Assembly (NCBI GenBank): GCA_038888155.1
Contig: JAWAJB010000004.1
Span: 32,001-96,000, forward strand
Direction: 5' to 3'
Length of the DNA: 64,000 bases
Source of the DNA: Desulfurococcaceae archaeon
GTDB lineage: Archaea > Thermoproteota > Thermoprotei_A > Sulfolobales > Desulfurococcaceae
Part shown: positions 19,991 through 30,370 of the stretch, one piece after another
Position numbering within the stretch: the first letter of the stretch is position 1
Layout: every line of letters starts with the position of its first letter
Notes under the pieces: generated by a model
Database searches by the model: none
Told to the model about the DNA's origin: nothing
The model's input: only the letters and a program-made list of their open reading frames with translations
Translations under genes and position numbers: made by a program

Positions 19991-20359
19991 CTATTCTCTC
20001 TCTAGGCAATATTCCTTGGCAAGGTCAATTACTTTATCCAAGACAGCTGGTTCTGGGGTTTTTTCCTCGAGTATAAGGAGGGGCCTCAGTTCATCAAGGT
20101 TCTTGGGACATATATTCATTATCATTACAACTGTTCCTTCCTTTAAGCCCAACTCGTTTAGTTTTTCCCGAAACTCGTTGGTCTTTTCAGCTGGAAGCTT
20201 GGAGAACTTGCTCAAGTACTCTAACACTCGGGACGATAAAAGCGACGTTGTGCCTGTTTCTCTTCTAAGCCTCTCGCTGTATTCTCTTAGGTAATTTAGA
20301 GCCTCAGTATTAGAGAGAAGCTTGACGCTCTCCGCTTTAATTCTGAGAGGAGTACTCAA
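19991..20359 (-). CDS. rpo4: RNA polymerase subunit Rpo4 (RpoF)
   Basis: LEYL.KFSK, NI.P...DELR..L; rpl21e-rpoF-DUF655-ksgA operon. Confidence 0.88.
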   Translation of the reverse strand: MSTPLRIKAESVKLLSNTEALNYLREYSERLRRETGTTSLLSSRVLEYLSKFSKLPAEKTNEFREKLNELGLKEGTVVMIMNICPKNLDELRPLLILEEKTPEPAVLDKVIDLAKEYCLERE

Positions 20360-20379
20360 AGATTTCCACCGCAAGTTAA

Positions 20380-20724
20380 TTAAATGCCACTTAATCCGCT
20401 ACTCTCGCTATAGAGAGAAGAGGTCTGAGGTAGAGCAGGTCTAATGTGCTCAGGCCTCACAAAAAGTAGCTTTTCCTTCTTGCCTACAGCTACTTTTATA
20501 ATGTAGCACTTACCCCTCTTGCCCACAACTTCGCCTGTTTTACCGTAATACCTCCTATGGGGGACACCGCTGTGAACAGAAGGGTCCACTATTATGTGAA
20601 CTTTGTCCCCCACGTTATATTCAACCATTAAGAGGCTCAGCTTAGGCACTGCTCCTTTTTCCCTAACGGGTTTCTTGAGTAAATTCCTGGTCCTGCTCTT
20701 AAACCCTTTTGGGGCTTTAACCAA
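20380..20724 (-). CDS. rpl21e: 50S ribosomal protein L21e
   Basis: KGFKSRTR.LL.K..RE.G, GDKVHI..DPSVH.G.PHRRYYGKTG, VRPEH. Confidence 0.96.
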   Translation of the reverse strand: MVKAPKGFKSRTRNLLKKPVREKGAVPKLSLLMVEYNVGDKVHIIVDPSVHSGVPHRRYYGKTGEVVGKRGKCYIIKVAVGKKEKLLFVRPEHIRPALPQTSSLYSESSGLSGI

Positions 20725-20803
20725 AATAACCACCAAGAGTAAGCGTCTAGTACCATGTAGTTATGAAGGGTCTTTTATTTTTTATCTATTTCAAGGCTAG
20801 CCT

Positions 20804-22150
20804 CTACTTCTCCACGTTTAGAACATCTAGCTCAACTGGAACAAGCTTTTTCTCGAGAACGCCTGCAAAGCACGGCGCAGTTCTACCGCTATCGCAGTGA
20901 ACTAGCTCCTTAATGTATAATCCACCATCAGATTGGACGATGGCCTCGAAAACCCTGTTAGATAAAAGGAATGCCCTAACTTTGTATACTCTTCGTAAGC
21001 GCTCCTTATCTTTCTTTCGACGAAGGATTCTAGTGGGCGTTCTCTGGCTCACCTCCACGTTATCAAAGGTCTTTTCCAACAGCATTAAATCCTGAGGTGT
21101 AATATTGCTCGAAGAGTAAACGCACACTCTATAAACCTTCTTCCTTCCTCTAGAGTACTCCTTTAGAAAGGCAACGTCCCTCCTTGTTGCAAGAGAAGTT
21201 ATCTCTACCTTGACTGGGTAGCTCAACAGCGATTTAGCTACGTGTTCATTTATAGTTTCGATCCCAACGTCCCTCCTCTTGGGCGATTTTATCTCTATAA
21301 CTAATGGTCTCCCAGTGCCGATCATGCGCGCATCTACGTCCTCTCGCCCTGCAGCGTGTATAACTACTCCTCGGCATTTGAAGACATCCCTTAAGGAAGC
21401 TTCGACAGCTTCCTGAACGCTCCAGGGGTACTTTTTCCCACCCGCTTTTTCAATCCAAGGTACGTGGGAAATTCTCCTAGCGAGCTTCCAGTAAACCCCC
21501 TTTAAGAAAATGGGGCTTATTTGTACTTTTATTGAGTGGTTTAAATCCCCATCGAGGTAGACCATCACTAAGGCCTCTGGGTCAGAGAAATCTGGCTTCA
21601 CGTTGCAGAGATTGCTTACAGCTTTACCTACCTCTCTCTTGATCTCCCTCTTAATAGACTCAGCGCTACTAGTGCCGTATTTCGACACTAGCTCTAATTC
21701 TCTCTCTAGTATGCTCTTATCAACAACTACGCCTATGAGAAAAGAGCTAACTTTTTGCCCTTTAAGCTCTTCGCACACATTCTTTGTAATTGCATCGATA
21801 AATGCGCTATTCAGGGAATTCCCGCATATAAAGCACTTGTTTACAGCTACTTCAACTCCAGAGGTCTTTCTAAACATAAGCTCTAAGGCTTCTCCTCCGT
21901 TAACAGCGATCCTCTTTAGGTAATCTTCGCCTATCATCCCCTTTGAGCGATCGAAGTACAGCTTCATGGCGAGAAGAGTCTTCAGCATTGATCCCCGCGC
22001 ATAATTACTTAGACCAATGCCGCACTTTGCGAATAGCCTACCGAAGCACGTATTACACAGTGGATACTCTGATAGAATTCGCTCAGACTTTTCAATTAAG
22101 TCCTTGAGTATGTTTACAAAGTCCTCTTCGCTCAACTGGAGATCTCCCAA
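20804..22150 (-). CDS. pus10: tRNA pseudouridine(54/55) synthase Pus10
   Basis: LC..CFGR, HAAGREDVDARM.G.GRP, QRTP.R, GGLYIKELV..D.GRT.P. Confidence 0.94.
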   Translation of the reverse strand: MGDLQLSEEDFVNILKDLIEKSERILSEYPLCNTCFGRLFAKCGIGLSNYARGSMLKTLLAMKLYFDRSKGMIGEDYLKRIAVNGGEALELMFRKTSGVEVAVNKCFICGNSLNSAFIDAITKNVCEELKGQKVSSFLIGVVVDKSILERELELVSKYGTSSAESIKREIKREVGKAVSNLCNVKPDFSDPEALVMVYLDGDLNHSIKVQISPIFLKGVYWKLARRISHVPWIEKAGGKKYPWSVQEAVEASLRDVFKCRGVVIHAAGREDVDARMIGTGRPLVIEIKSPKRRDVGIETINEHVAKSLLSYPVKVEITSLATRRDVAFLKEYSRGRKKVYRVCVYSSSNITPQDLMLLEKTFDNVEVSQRTPTRILRRKKDKERLRRVYKVRAFLLSNRVFEAIVQSDGGLYIKELVHCDSGRTAPCFAGVLEKKLVPVELDVLNVEK

Positions 22151-23491
22151 CTAAACGTTAGATTCCATCAATTCAGGAGGGATATTTGCACCAAGCTTCT
22201 TCAGGACATCTTTTCTCCTAAGCGTCTTAAGCAGCTTCTTCATGGCCTCGTATTGCTTGATCAACTCCTTTACATCTTCTACGTTTACACCAGCGCCCGA
22301 AGCTATTCTCTTCATCCTAGATCTATCTATGATTTCGGGCTCATCTAGCTCTTCGTAAGTCATTGAATTTATGATCGCAATCCATTTATTTAATTTCTTT
22401 TCAAGCTCCTTGGGATCAACCTCGAGGGGCAACTTGAGGTCGAATCCTGGGATCATTTGAAGAACTTTCTTTAGGGGGCCGAGCTTTCTGAGGCTTATGA
22501 GCTGCTTGTATATTATCCTCATGTTAACTGTTCCCTCGATTGCCCTTTTAACATCTTCCTCGGTGATCTCGATTTGTGCTCGCTTCACCGACTCTACTAG
22601 AGAGGCTATATCCCCTAGCCCTAGAATTCTCGAAATAAACCTAGGGGGGTTAAATTCCTCAAAGTCCTCGATCTTCTCGCCTGTGCCTATGAACTTAATG
22701 GAAGCACTGGTTGCTACTACTGCTGATAGTGCCCCGCCTCCCTTCGCCGTACCGTCTAGCTTAGTTACTACAATGGAGCCTATAGGCGTAGTTTCGTGAA
22801 ATTTCTTCGCTATATTATATGCCTGTTGACCAATAGATGCATCCAAGACTAGCATTATTTCATCTGGCTTCACAGCACTGTATATTTGCTTCATCTCCTC
22901 GAGGAGGGCGTCCTCCTTGTGGTGCCTACCAGCTGTATCTATTATAACTATGTCAAATCCCTTGCTCACAAAGTACTCGAGCCCTCTCCCCGCAATAGAA
23001 ACAGAGTCTAGTTCCCCAGGCTCTCCGTAGACAGGCACGCCTATTTTGTCGCCTAGTTGACTGAGCTGATCAAAAGCTGCAGGTCTATAAGTGTCAGCTG
23101 CTATGAGCCCAACCCTATACCCCTCTAACTTGTAAAAATAGGCCAGTTTTGCTGCCGTGGTTGTCTTGCCGCTACCTTGGAGACCGACAAGCAATATAAC
23201 CCATGGCTTTCTCTGAGGTCTTATAGAGGGCTTGCTATCCCCGCCAAGCGCCTTTAATAGCTCCTCGTAAACTATTGTTATGAACCAATTCTTCCTAGAG
23301 ACCCCCAGAGGAGGCTTTTCGGATAAAGCTCTTTGCTTGATTTTAGATGTGATATCAGAGACAACTCTCAAATTTACGTCTGACTTAATTAACTCTTTCT
23401 GTAGATCCTTAATGAACTCGCCTACTGCCTCCTCGTATTTATCCTGTCCCAAGAACCTCTTTAAAGCGTCTCTAATTCCTTCAAAAACCAA
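22151..23491 (-). CDS. srp54: Signal recognition particle protein SRP54
   Basis: GLQGSGKTTT, DTAGRH, TKLDGTAKGGGALS, M domain (II.SMT..E, SR..RIA.G.G); start uncertain. Confidence 0.96.
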   Translation of the reverse strand: MVFEGIRDALKRFLGQDKYEEAVGEFIKDLQKELIKSDVNLRVVSDITSKIKQRALSEKPPLGVSRKNWFITIVYEELLKALGGDSKPSIRPQRKPWVILLVGLQGSGKTTTAAKLAYFYKLEGYRVGLIAADTYRPAAFDQLSQLGDKIGVPVYGEPGELDSVSIAGRGLEYFVSKGFDIVIIDTAGRHHKEDALLEEMKQIYSAVKPDEIMLVLDASIGQQAYNIAKKFHETTPIGSIVVTKLDGTAKGGGALSAVVATSASIKFIGTGEKIEDFEEFNPPRFISRILGLGDIASLVESVKRAQIEITEEDVKRAIEGTVNMRIIYKQLISLRKLGPLKKVLQMIPGFDLKLPLEVDPKELEKKLNKWIAIINSMTYEELDEPEIIDRSRMKRIASGAGVNVEDVKELIKQYEAMKKLLKTLRRKDVLKKLGANIPPELMESNV

Positions 23492-23592
23492 GAAGCATGC
23501 ACCATAAAACTGTTTACAGTTAAGGGATGTATTATTTGCCACCTAAAAACACTATATTTGCGAGAAATGGACATAGTGCGAAGAGACAAGAG

Positions 23593-23677
23593 TGCGGGGG
23601 GTGGGATTCGAACCCACGCAGGCCTACGCCATCGGGTTCTGAGCCCGACCCCTTTGACCTAGCTCGGGCACCCCCGC
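23593..23677 (-). tRNA. tRNA-Leu(CAG)
   Basis: Reverse complement GCGGGGGTGCCCGAGCTAGGTCAAAGGGGTCGGGCTCAGAACCCGATGGCGTAGGCCTGCGTGGGTTCGAATCCCACCCCCCGCA. Confidence 0.95.
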
Positions 23678-23771
23678 CCAATAGGTTACTAGTCTTTTTC
23701 GTCTCCTTAAATTCTTGGCTGGAGGTAAAATAAATAATTAATCTCGCATTTATAGATTGTGGTGTATCTTA

Positions 23772-24323
23772 ATGTACATATCTATAGGCACAGATCAATA
23801 CTATGTACTACATCCGAGGCCAGTTTACTTAATTGTATCTAGGGGACGAGACGGAAAACTAAACGTTATGTCTGCAGCATGGGTTTCGCCTATATCAGAT
23901 GAACCACTCACGATTGCTACCTCGATATGGAAGGGCAGCCTAACATTCCAATACATTAATGAAACTAAGGAATTCACTGTTAATATACCTAGCGAAGAGC
24001 ATGTTAATGCTGTTTTCAAGGCTGGAACAATAACGGGCAAGGACGTGGACAAGCTAAGCCTACTTGGGCTGCGCACTTTTAAGTCAAAGCACATAGAGAC
24101 TCCAGGCCTAGAACAAATGCTAGGCTTCTTAGAGTGCAGGGTTTTAAATACGCTAGAATTTGGTGAGTCGGCAGTCTTTATGGCTGAGGTGCTAGAAGTG
24201 CACGTCGACGGCAAGCTATACACAAAGCATGGGTGGGACTTAAACAGGGCTAAAATACTGCTGCACAACGGGGGTAGGAGCTTCTCCATTCCATCTAAGC
24301 CAATCCTCCCAGAGAAACAATAG
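23772..24323 (+). CDS. Flavin reductase family (flavoredoxin-like) protein
   Basis: PRPVYLI, NVM.AAW..P.S..P, EFTVNIP, G...G...DK, LEC.V. Confidence 0.85.
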   Translation: MYISIGTDQYYVLHPRPVYLIVSRGRDGKLNVMSAAWVSPISDEPLTIATSIWKGSLTFQYINETKEFTVNIPSEEHVNAVFKAGTITGKDVDKLSLLGLRTFKSKHIETPGLEQMLGFLECRVLNTLEFGESAVFMAEVLEVHVDGKLYTKHGWDLNRAKILLHNGGRSFSIPSKPILPEKQ

Positions 24324-24369
24324 AGTAATGCTTTAAACCGGTCATGCAACTTTATACCTATGTGAGATA

Positions 24370-25053
24370 ATGGTGCGCGTAAAGACAAAACTCGTATCTT
24401 GGGAGGAAATAGTAGATTGGTCTATGAAACTAGGAGATATAATAAGCAAAGACAACTACAAGGTAGAACTTGTAGTCGCAGTTTCACGCGGCGGGTTCGT
24501 ACCGGCGAGGCTACTTTGCGATTTCCTAGGCATAGACAATCTGCTGAGCATTCAGAGCCAACACTGGACAGAGGCCGCAAAAGCAGCTGAGAGGGCGCTC
24601 ATTAAGTTCCCGTATTCAATTAACGCAGAGAAGCTTAGAGTGCTAGTAGTAGACGACATTGTAGACACCGGCGATACGCTAAAGTTAGCAAAAGAGTACA
24701 TTAAACAGGAATGGGGACCTGAAGACGTTAGGACAGCTGCGTTGCAGTGGATTAGCCCAGTAGCTAAGTTTAAACCCGACTACTACTACATTGAAGTAAA
24801 AGAGTGGGCTTGGTTCCAATATCCATGGACAAGGCTCGAGGATACTTACCAGTTTATCAAGAGAATGCTCACAGATACTTACAAAGAAACCGGCAAGCTA
24901 GAGTGGACGTATGAGGAAGTAGTTAATGCATTCAAGGATTGGTACGGCATAGATGTCGGCGAAATATACTATAAGCGTGCACTAGATGTACTTGTAGATA
25001 AAAACATAATCGAGTACAACTCTAAGTTAAAGCTATACAGACTCAAGGTGTAA
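24370..25053 (+). CDS. Purine phosphoribosyltransferase
   Basis: SWEE, AVSRGG.VP, VLVVDDIVDTGDT, W..YPW. Confidence 0.9.
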   Translation: MVRVKTKLVSWEEIVDWSMKLGDIISKDNYKVELVVAVSRGGFVPARLLCDFLGIDNLLSIQSQHWTEAAKAAERALIKFPYSINAEKLRVLVVDDIVDTGDTLKLAKEYIKQEWGPEDVRTAALQWISPVAKFKPDYYYIEVKEWAWFQYPWTRLEDTYQFIKRMLTDTYKETGKLEWTYEEVVNAFKDWYGIDVGEIYYKRALDVLVDKNIIEYNSKLKLYRLKV

Positions 25054-25056
25054 ACA

Positions 25057-25878
25057 ATGCTCATTGAGCCGAAAACCCAAGTAGAAATAGGCATTATTGG
25101 AGGTAGCGGCCTCTACGAATTGCCAGGAATAAGGGAAACAAAGGAGCTGAAAGTTTACACTCCCTACGGTATGCCAAGCGATAACATAGTAGTGGGCGAG
25201 CTTGAAGGGCGAAAGATAGCGTTTTTGGCTAGGCACGGAAGGGGTCATAAGTACCCTCCGCACAGAGTAAACTACAGGGCAAATATATGGGCCTTGAAGT
25301 CTCTGGGGGCTAAGTGGATTCTGTCTATTTCTGCAGTCGGGAGCCTAAGGGAGGACTACGCTCCAGGAGATTTCGTTATCCCTGATCAATTCATTGATAT
25401 GACAAAGGGAATAAGGCGTCACACTTTCTTCGAGGGTGGAGTAGTTGCGCATGTAAGCATGGCTGATCCATTCTGCGAACACTTGCGGAAAGTTGTCGCT
25501 GAGGTTGCTAAGGGGTTCACCGATATAAAGTTGCACAATAGAGGGACCTATGTGTGTATCGAGGGACCGCGCTTCAGCACTAGAGCTGAGAGCAGGGTCT
25601 GGAAGGAGGCATTCAAGGCCGATATTATAGGCATGACTCTAGTCCCAGAAATAAACCTCGCTTGCGAAGCAGAGATATGCTATGCAACAATAGCCATGGT
25701 AACGGACTATGATGTGTGGGCTGAAAAACCAGTGACAGCAGAGGAAGTAGTTAAAACCATGAACATGAATGTAAACAAGGTCAAGAAGCTAATACCCCGA
25801 ATTATTGAAGCACTACCAAGCAAGCCGGATGAAAAACTATGCAGTTGCTGCAAATGCTTAGAGACAGCTATACCCTAG
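25057..25878 (+). CDS. mtnP: S-methyl-5'-thioadenosine phosphorylase
   Basis: [41 protein letters not shown]-terminal CxC. Confidence 0.95.
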   Translation: MLIEPKTQVEIGIIGGSGLYELPGIRETKELKVYTPYGMPSDNIVVGELEGRKIAFLARHGRGHKYPPHRVNYRANIWALKSLGAKWILSISAVGSLREDYAPGDFVIPDQFIDMTKGIRRHTFFEGGVVAHVSMADPFCEHLRKVVAEVAKGFTDIKLHNRGTYVCIEGPRFSTRAESRVWKEAFKADIIGMTLVPEINLACEAEICYATIAMVTDYDVWAEKPVTAEEVVKTMNMNVNKVKKLIPRIIEALPSKPDEKLCSCCKCLETAIP

Positions 25879-26762
25879 AGAGCATTGTAAGCGAAGTCTC
25901 CGAAGTAGAAAAACAGGCCAGGGCTTTTAGTAACGAGATTTTTTATTTTTTAAATCAGGTCAGAGGGGAGCTGATTTTATACTCTTATACTGGTTACGGG
26001 CAACTGCCTGCAAGCATATTTTACTGGTTTTCAATTACAGCAAAGAGCCAAAAGCACCCAGTATTAGCAGATGTCGAGGACGCGGCAGTTTATATCGCTC
26101 CATATAGGGATGACGTGTCCGCGTTAATCTTGAGCACGGGCGAGTACTCTAAGCTAATAAGTGGGTTGCAGGCTTTCAGGACCTTGGGCGTGGAATATAG
26201 AGCGTTAGCGCCCGAAACGGCTGACGAGAGAATAAGTGCAATTATTAAGCATTACTCTATTCGCACAATACCGTATAAAGACAAAATCAAAGCAGCTCTA
26301 TTGATGACGCTGTTATCGTTCTTTGCTTCTTCGAGCATCTATAAAAATGCCTTGGCATCAAGGGGACAAAGGCTTCTAGGACACAGCTCTGAGGGGTTTT
26401 CGTGCACAATAGCGTCCTTTATTGAGAAATACTTTTCTACAGTAGAGTCACTGCTAAAGAGAGAAAGGGTTTTCCTTGCATCCAGCAAATTTTTAGAGCC
26501 CGCTTCACTTCTACTAACAAATTCAATTAGACGAGCAGGAGTACTAGCTGAGTACAGATCGCTTGAGGAAGCTGTGAGCTCAAATGGGGCAGTCTTGGGG
26601 ATTTTCTTAAGCACAGAGGAACGTGTGAGGAGGGAGTACGCTAGCTTGCTTGGTGATCGCCTAATAGAGCTACTATTTAACACAGATCCGCTTGAGGCGG
26701 GCGTATATATAGCGCTATTAGCTTATATTCTATCACGATTGATTGAAGAAGGGCGAAAGTAA
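25854..26762 (+). CDS. Hypothetical protein, possibly a degenerate tandem SIS (sugar isomerase) fold
   Basis: Long ORF overlapping the mtnP end; alpha/beta pattern loosely like PGI/PMI or GlmS SIS domains; fold call is an inference. Confidence 0.55.
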   Translation: MLRDSYTLESIVSEVSEVEKQARAFSNEIFYFLNQVRGELILYSYTGYGQLPASIFYWFSITAKSQKHPVLADVEDAAVYIAPYRDDVSALILSTGEYSKLISGLQAFRTLGVEYRALAPETADERISAIIKHYSIRTIPYKDKIKAALLMTLLSFFASSSIYKNALASRGQRLLGHSSEGFSCTIASFIEKYFSTVESLLKRERVFLASSKFLEPASLLLTNSIRRAGVLAEYRSLEEAVSSNGAVLGIFLSTEERVRREYASLLGDRLIELLFNTDPLEAGVYIALLAYILSRLIEEGRK

Positions 26763-26777
26763 AGCCCCGCTTCATGA

Positions 26778-27131
26778 GTGCAGCTTTGCGGTGCTTATGT
26801 CATGGGATTTTCAGGCAAGCTAATTGGGTTGCTAATGATTACGCTAATGTCCTCGGTAGCGGCAATTACGTACTTAGGAGCCACTCTCCTAAGCATAGCC
26901 GGCTTGGCAGTGTATGCTATCTGCATTTTGCTTCTCGCTATCTATATCGATAGATACTCGGATCTAAGGGACGCAACTAGCGCCTTTACGTTGGCTGCTA
27001 CAGTGACGGCATTGGGCGCAGTTATAGGGTCTATTCTAGCATTTAGAGCTTACTCTACACTAATAGCTATTGGCGTAGTAGTAACATCTATAATATACAC
27101 GCTTTTCGCCATGCGGGTGAGCCCTAGGTGA
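26778..27131 (+). CDS. Small hypothetical membrane protein
   Basis: Four hydrophobic segments; GTGA overlap with the next gene. Confidence 0.6.
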   Translation: MQLCGAYVMGFSGKLIGLLMITLMSSVAAITYLGATLLSIAGLAVYAICILLLAIYIDRYSDLRDATSAFTLAATVTALGAVIGSILAFRAYSTLIAIGVVVTSIIYTLFAMRVSPR

Positions 27132-28015
27132 AAATAGCTGTAATAGAGTACAGAAAGACGCCGCCAACTACTGCTCAGGAACTCATTGAGGCGATATCTA
27201 GGAAAGGTCAAATTCCAATATACTTAAAAGCTCACATGCTGGATGCTCTTATAACTCGTGACGGCGTTAAAGTATATCACGGCACTAGCCCAGTTGATGT
27301 TGATGTGTCTCTACTCAGAAACATTGGGCTACACCTCAGCCTCGACACATTTATCAAGAGGCTTGGGGTGTTAGAGGCTCTAGCAAGTTCTGCTCCTATG
27401 ATCAACGATCCAACGGCGTCCCTCATCGCTAGGGACAAGTGGAGGTGCCTACTTAGACTTCACCTCAATAATCTCCCTGTGCCAGACACGCTTGTAACTG
27501 AGAACCCCTTCTCCGCGATGAGGTTTACTGAGGAAAGGAAAAGAGTAGTTTATAAGCCGCTCATGGGCAGCCTAGGTCTAGGCAGTGCACTAATCTCGAA
27601 CTCAGACTTGTCGTTTCATGTAACAAAGAGCCTAAAGAACATTGGGATACCGAGCTACTACCAAGTTTACCTTGAGAAGCCTGGATACGATTACAGAGTG
27701 TTTGTTGTAGGCAACAACGTTATTGGGGCCATGAAGAGGGTCAGCAGCTGTTGGAAAACCAATATTGCTCAGGGTGCGCAAGGTATTGCTGTGCGTGAAA
27801 GCGAAGAACCTGAGCTATTCCAGCTCGCACTGAAAGCTACTAAAGTACTAGGCCTAGATTACGCAGGCGTTGATATAGCGTACGATGCCAAGTCTTCTAA
27901 GTACTACATCCTAGAGGTCAACGCATTTCCTCACTGGGAAGGTTTAAGAAAGGCGACTGGAGTTAATCCCCCCGAGATAATAGTTGATTATTTGATCAAA
28001 AGAGCGAGAAAATGA
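27128..28015 (+). CDS. RimK-family ATP-grasp alpha-L-glutamate ligase
   Basis: ARDK, VYKP..GS.G.G, DYRVFVVG, WKTN.AQGA, YAGVDI, LEVN..P. Confidence 0.9.
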   Translation: MKIAVIEYRKTPPTTAQELIEAISRKGQIPIYLKAHMLDALITRDGVKVYHGTSPVDVDVSLLRNIGLHLSLDTFIKRLGVLEALASSAPMINDPTASLIARDKWRCLLRLHLNNLPVPDTLVTENPFSAMRFTEERKRVVYKPLMGSLGLGSALISNSDLSFHVTKSLKNIGIPSYYQVYLEKPGYDYRVFVVGNNVIGAMKRVSSCWKTNIAQGAQGIAVRESEEPELFQLALKATKVLGLDYAGVDIAYDAKSSKYYILEVNAFPHWEGLRKATGVNPPEIIVDYLIKRARK

Positions 28016-28102
28016 CTTTTAAATGAGCTCAAATTAAGCGCACGCTTAAATACCCCATAGTTCAATTATTACTCAAGATGCCGTTGAGCTAGAGGATACA
28101 AT

Positions 28103-28156
28103 AAAAGTGATGATTAGTAAACCGGCAGATCAGTGAAGAAGAGCTCTCATCTGATT
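28103..28156 (+). ncRNA. Box C/D guide sRNA
   Basis: GTGATGA (C, 28107)-TTAGTAAACCGG-CAGA (D')-TCA-GTGAAGA (C')-AGAGCTCTCAT-CTGA (D, 28151): canonical archaeal spacing. Confidence 0.8.
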
Positions 28157-28214
28157 AATTAACCGTAGAGTAATTAGGTTCAAATTAGAGCCGTGCTGTA
28201 GAGCGGTAATATAG

Positions 28215-29402
28215 ATGATGTTACACTCTAACAAGGAAGAGCAAATAAGAGAAGGTCTAGCCGATCTAATTGTGCCTAAGCTGGAGATGTACAGGCGACC
28301 GGATGGATCTGTTGAGCCGGCCTGGATGCCAGTCTTCTACAATCCTCAGGGAGTAATTAGCAGAGATCTGACTGTTTCATTTCTAGGTGTAACTTTGGGT
28401 AAGCGGGGTTTCACCTTTGTTGATCCGTTGGCTGGTACTGGGATCCGGGGTATCCGCATAGCTGCAGAGGTTGGCGGCGTGGGTTTGGTGAATGACATTA
28501 ATCCACGTGCATACTACTACATAAGGAAGAACATTAGGCTAAACAAATTGGACGATAAAATTGAAGCTTACAATAATGAAGCCAACGTTTTGCTGAACAC
28601 ATTAGTTTTATCGGGGGTGCCGGTTGACTATATAGACGTGGATCCCTATGGATCCCCTATACCATTCCTAGACTCCGTTTTTAAACCAATCGGCAGAGAG
28701 GCATTTATTGGTATAACAGCAACTGATACAGCTCCACTTACTTGTACTCACTCCTCGAAAACGTTGATCAGGTACTGGAATAAGTGCACCAGAGTAGACT
28801 TCGAAAAAGAATACGCCGCTCGTCTCTTAATAGCTATAGCCTCCATGAGGGCATCTGCTCTAGAGGTTGAGCTAGTGCCGATGTTGACAATCGTATACAA
28901 ACACTACATAAGAGTTTTCTTCAAGGCAACAAAAAGCGCTAACAGAGCATTTAGATCTATTGATAAATGCATAGGCTACCTATGGTACTGCAAAAACACC
29001 ATGGAGAGGGGGTTCATAAGGGCAATTGAGGAGGGGCTGAATGTTGAGTGCCGCGATGGATCTAAGCCAGCAATTATTGGGAAAATCTGGATATGCCCTA
29101 TACAGGAACCTAATGTTATAAACAATATATACAGCTACGCTTTAAGTGCACATTGGCTCAGCATAGAGACGGCTAAAATTTTAAAGCTCTTGATCGAAGA
29201 GTCCAATATAGATAGACCATACGTTAGGCTAGATAGGCTGTGTTCGTTAATTGGGGTGAACATGCCCAATATGCAATCTCTTTTAAGAGAGCTTAAATCT
29301 AGGGGGATTCAATGCTCAAGGACTCACATGGACCCCCGAGGAGTGAGATTTAGCGGAGGACAAGAGGAGTTTGTAGATATCCTCAGATCTATCGCTAAAT
29401 AG
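28215..29402 (+). CDS. trm1: tRNA (G26-N2,N2)-dimethyltransferase Trm1
   Basis: PVFYNP....RD, LAGTGIRGIR, DVDPYGSP.PF, TATD.A.L, SRTH. Confidence 0.94.
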   Translation: MMLHSNKEEQIREGLADLIVPKLEMYRRPDGSVEPAWMPVFYNPQGVISRDLTVSFLGVTLGKRGFTFVDPLAGTGIRGIRIAAEVGGVGLVNDINPRAYYYIRKNIRLNKLDDKIEAYNNEANVLLNTLVLSGVPVDYIDVDPYGSPIPFLDSVFKPIGREAFIGITATDTAPLTCTHSSKTLIRYWNKCTRVDFEKEYAARLLIAIASMRASALEVELVPMLTIVYKHYIRVFFKATKSANRAFRSIDKCIGYLWYCKNTMERGFIRAIEEGLNVECRDGSKPAIIGKIWICPIQEPNVINNIYSYALSAHWLSIETAKILKLLIEESNIDRPYVRLDRLCSLIGVNMPNMQSLLRELKSRGIQCSRTHMDPRGVRFSGGQEEFVDILRSIAK

Positions 29403-29494
29403 ACATCGAGGCTCTGGCGCGTTTGTAAATGCATTTAGTATCGTTGAAAGGGTACTTTTATGAGCTTTAAGGCATATAAAGAGTGGGGAGGTAA

Positions 29495-29830
29495 ATGTCG
29501 TCCATAAGGGATACTGTTCTCGGTATTATTAGAAAAAGCATTGAAGAACACAGCTCAGGTATACTAATCTCTATTAGAGTTAGCGGCGATACCAACGAAA
29601 CCTACCTAACAATTGAAGGGGATGAACTGGTGTTCAAGACTACAGAGTTTAATGATAGTAGCAGGTGCAACGCTGCGTTAATAGGCTTTCTCTCGAGAGC
29701 ACTTAAAATCCCCTCATCAAGGCTTGACATAATTTACGGGACGAGGGGCTCGCTTAAGAGAGTAATGATCAAAGATACAAGGGCAGAGGATATTGAGGTG
29801 AAGCTCTCGAGGATCATTAAACTGTTTTAA
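29495..29830 (+). CDS. DUF167 (UPF0235/YggU)-like protein
   Basis: ..N.ALI.FL...L.IP.S...I..G.....K.V.I pattern. Confidence 0.65.
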   Translation: MSSIRDTVLGIIRKSIEEHSSGILISIRVSGDTNETYLTIEGDELVFKTTEFNDSSRCNAALIGFLSRALKIPSSRLDIIYGTRGSLKRVMIKDTRAEDIEVKLSRIIKLF

Positions 29831-30350
29831 GGGCAGCGAGTAAATCGCTTAAGAGCGCCTTAGTGTAGTACTCCCTGTTATCGAGGGTTAATACAATTTT
29901 CTTGGCTTCTTTAAGCCTAGACAGAATATCGCTATCGCTCATGTTAATGTGAACTACAAAGATCGCCGGTTTATCTGCTTCGAGGACCCTCAATAAGAGA
30001 GGCTTAAAAGATGGGAGCTTTAACTCCATAGGCCCCACCTCGTCCACTGCCACTATTTCTGCACCAGATAAAGCCCCAGTGAGGGCTTTCTTAACTAGCT
30101 CATCAGCTTCATGCACCAAGACGCCGTAAACACCTACCCTCACAGAGCTTGCCCAGTTTCTCCTAGCAAGCCAAGCCTCCTCTCCAGTAAGCAAGTCAAC
30201 GACTTTGAAACCTACCCTGACGTTGTTCTCTCTATGCTCTGGGGCAATAATTCCGCCTACTTTATACCCCCTTTCTTTAAGTGCGAAAACCAGCGACTTA
30301 AAGATAGTAGATTTTCCTACCCCCGGCCTTCCCGTTATTACTATTCTCAC
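29817..30350 (-). CDS. Nucleoside-triphosphatase THEP1 family
   Basis: ITGRPGVGKST, RVGF, VG.YGV, DEVGPMEL. Confidence 0.92.
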   Translation of the reverse strand: MRIVITGRPGVGKSTIFKSLVFALKERGYKVGGIIAPEHRENNVRVGFKVVDLLTGEEAWLARRNWASSVRVGVYGVLVHEADELVKKALTGALSGAEIVAVDEVGPMELKLPSFKPLLLRVLEADKPAIFVVHINMSDSDILSRLKEAKKIVLTLDNREYYTKALLSDLLAALKTV

Positions 30351-30370
30351 TGCTTCGACCTCAATGGAAA

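Noticed and set aside
23527-23733. 68-aa ORF in the ORF track
   Set aside because: It is the antisense reading of tRNA-Leu(CAG)
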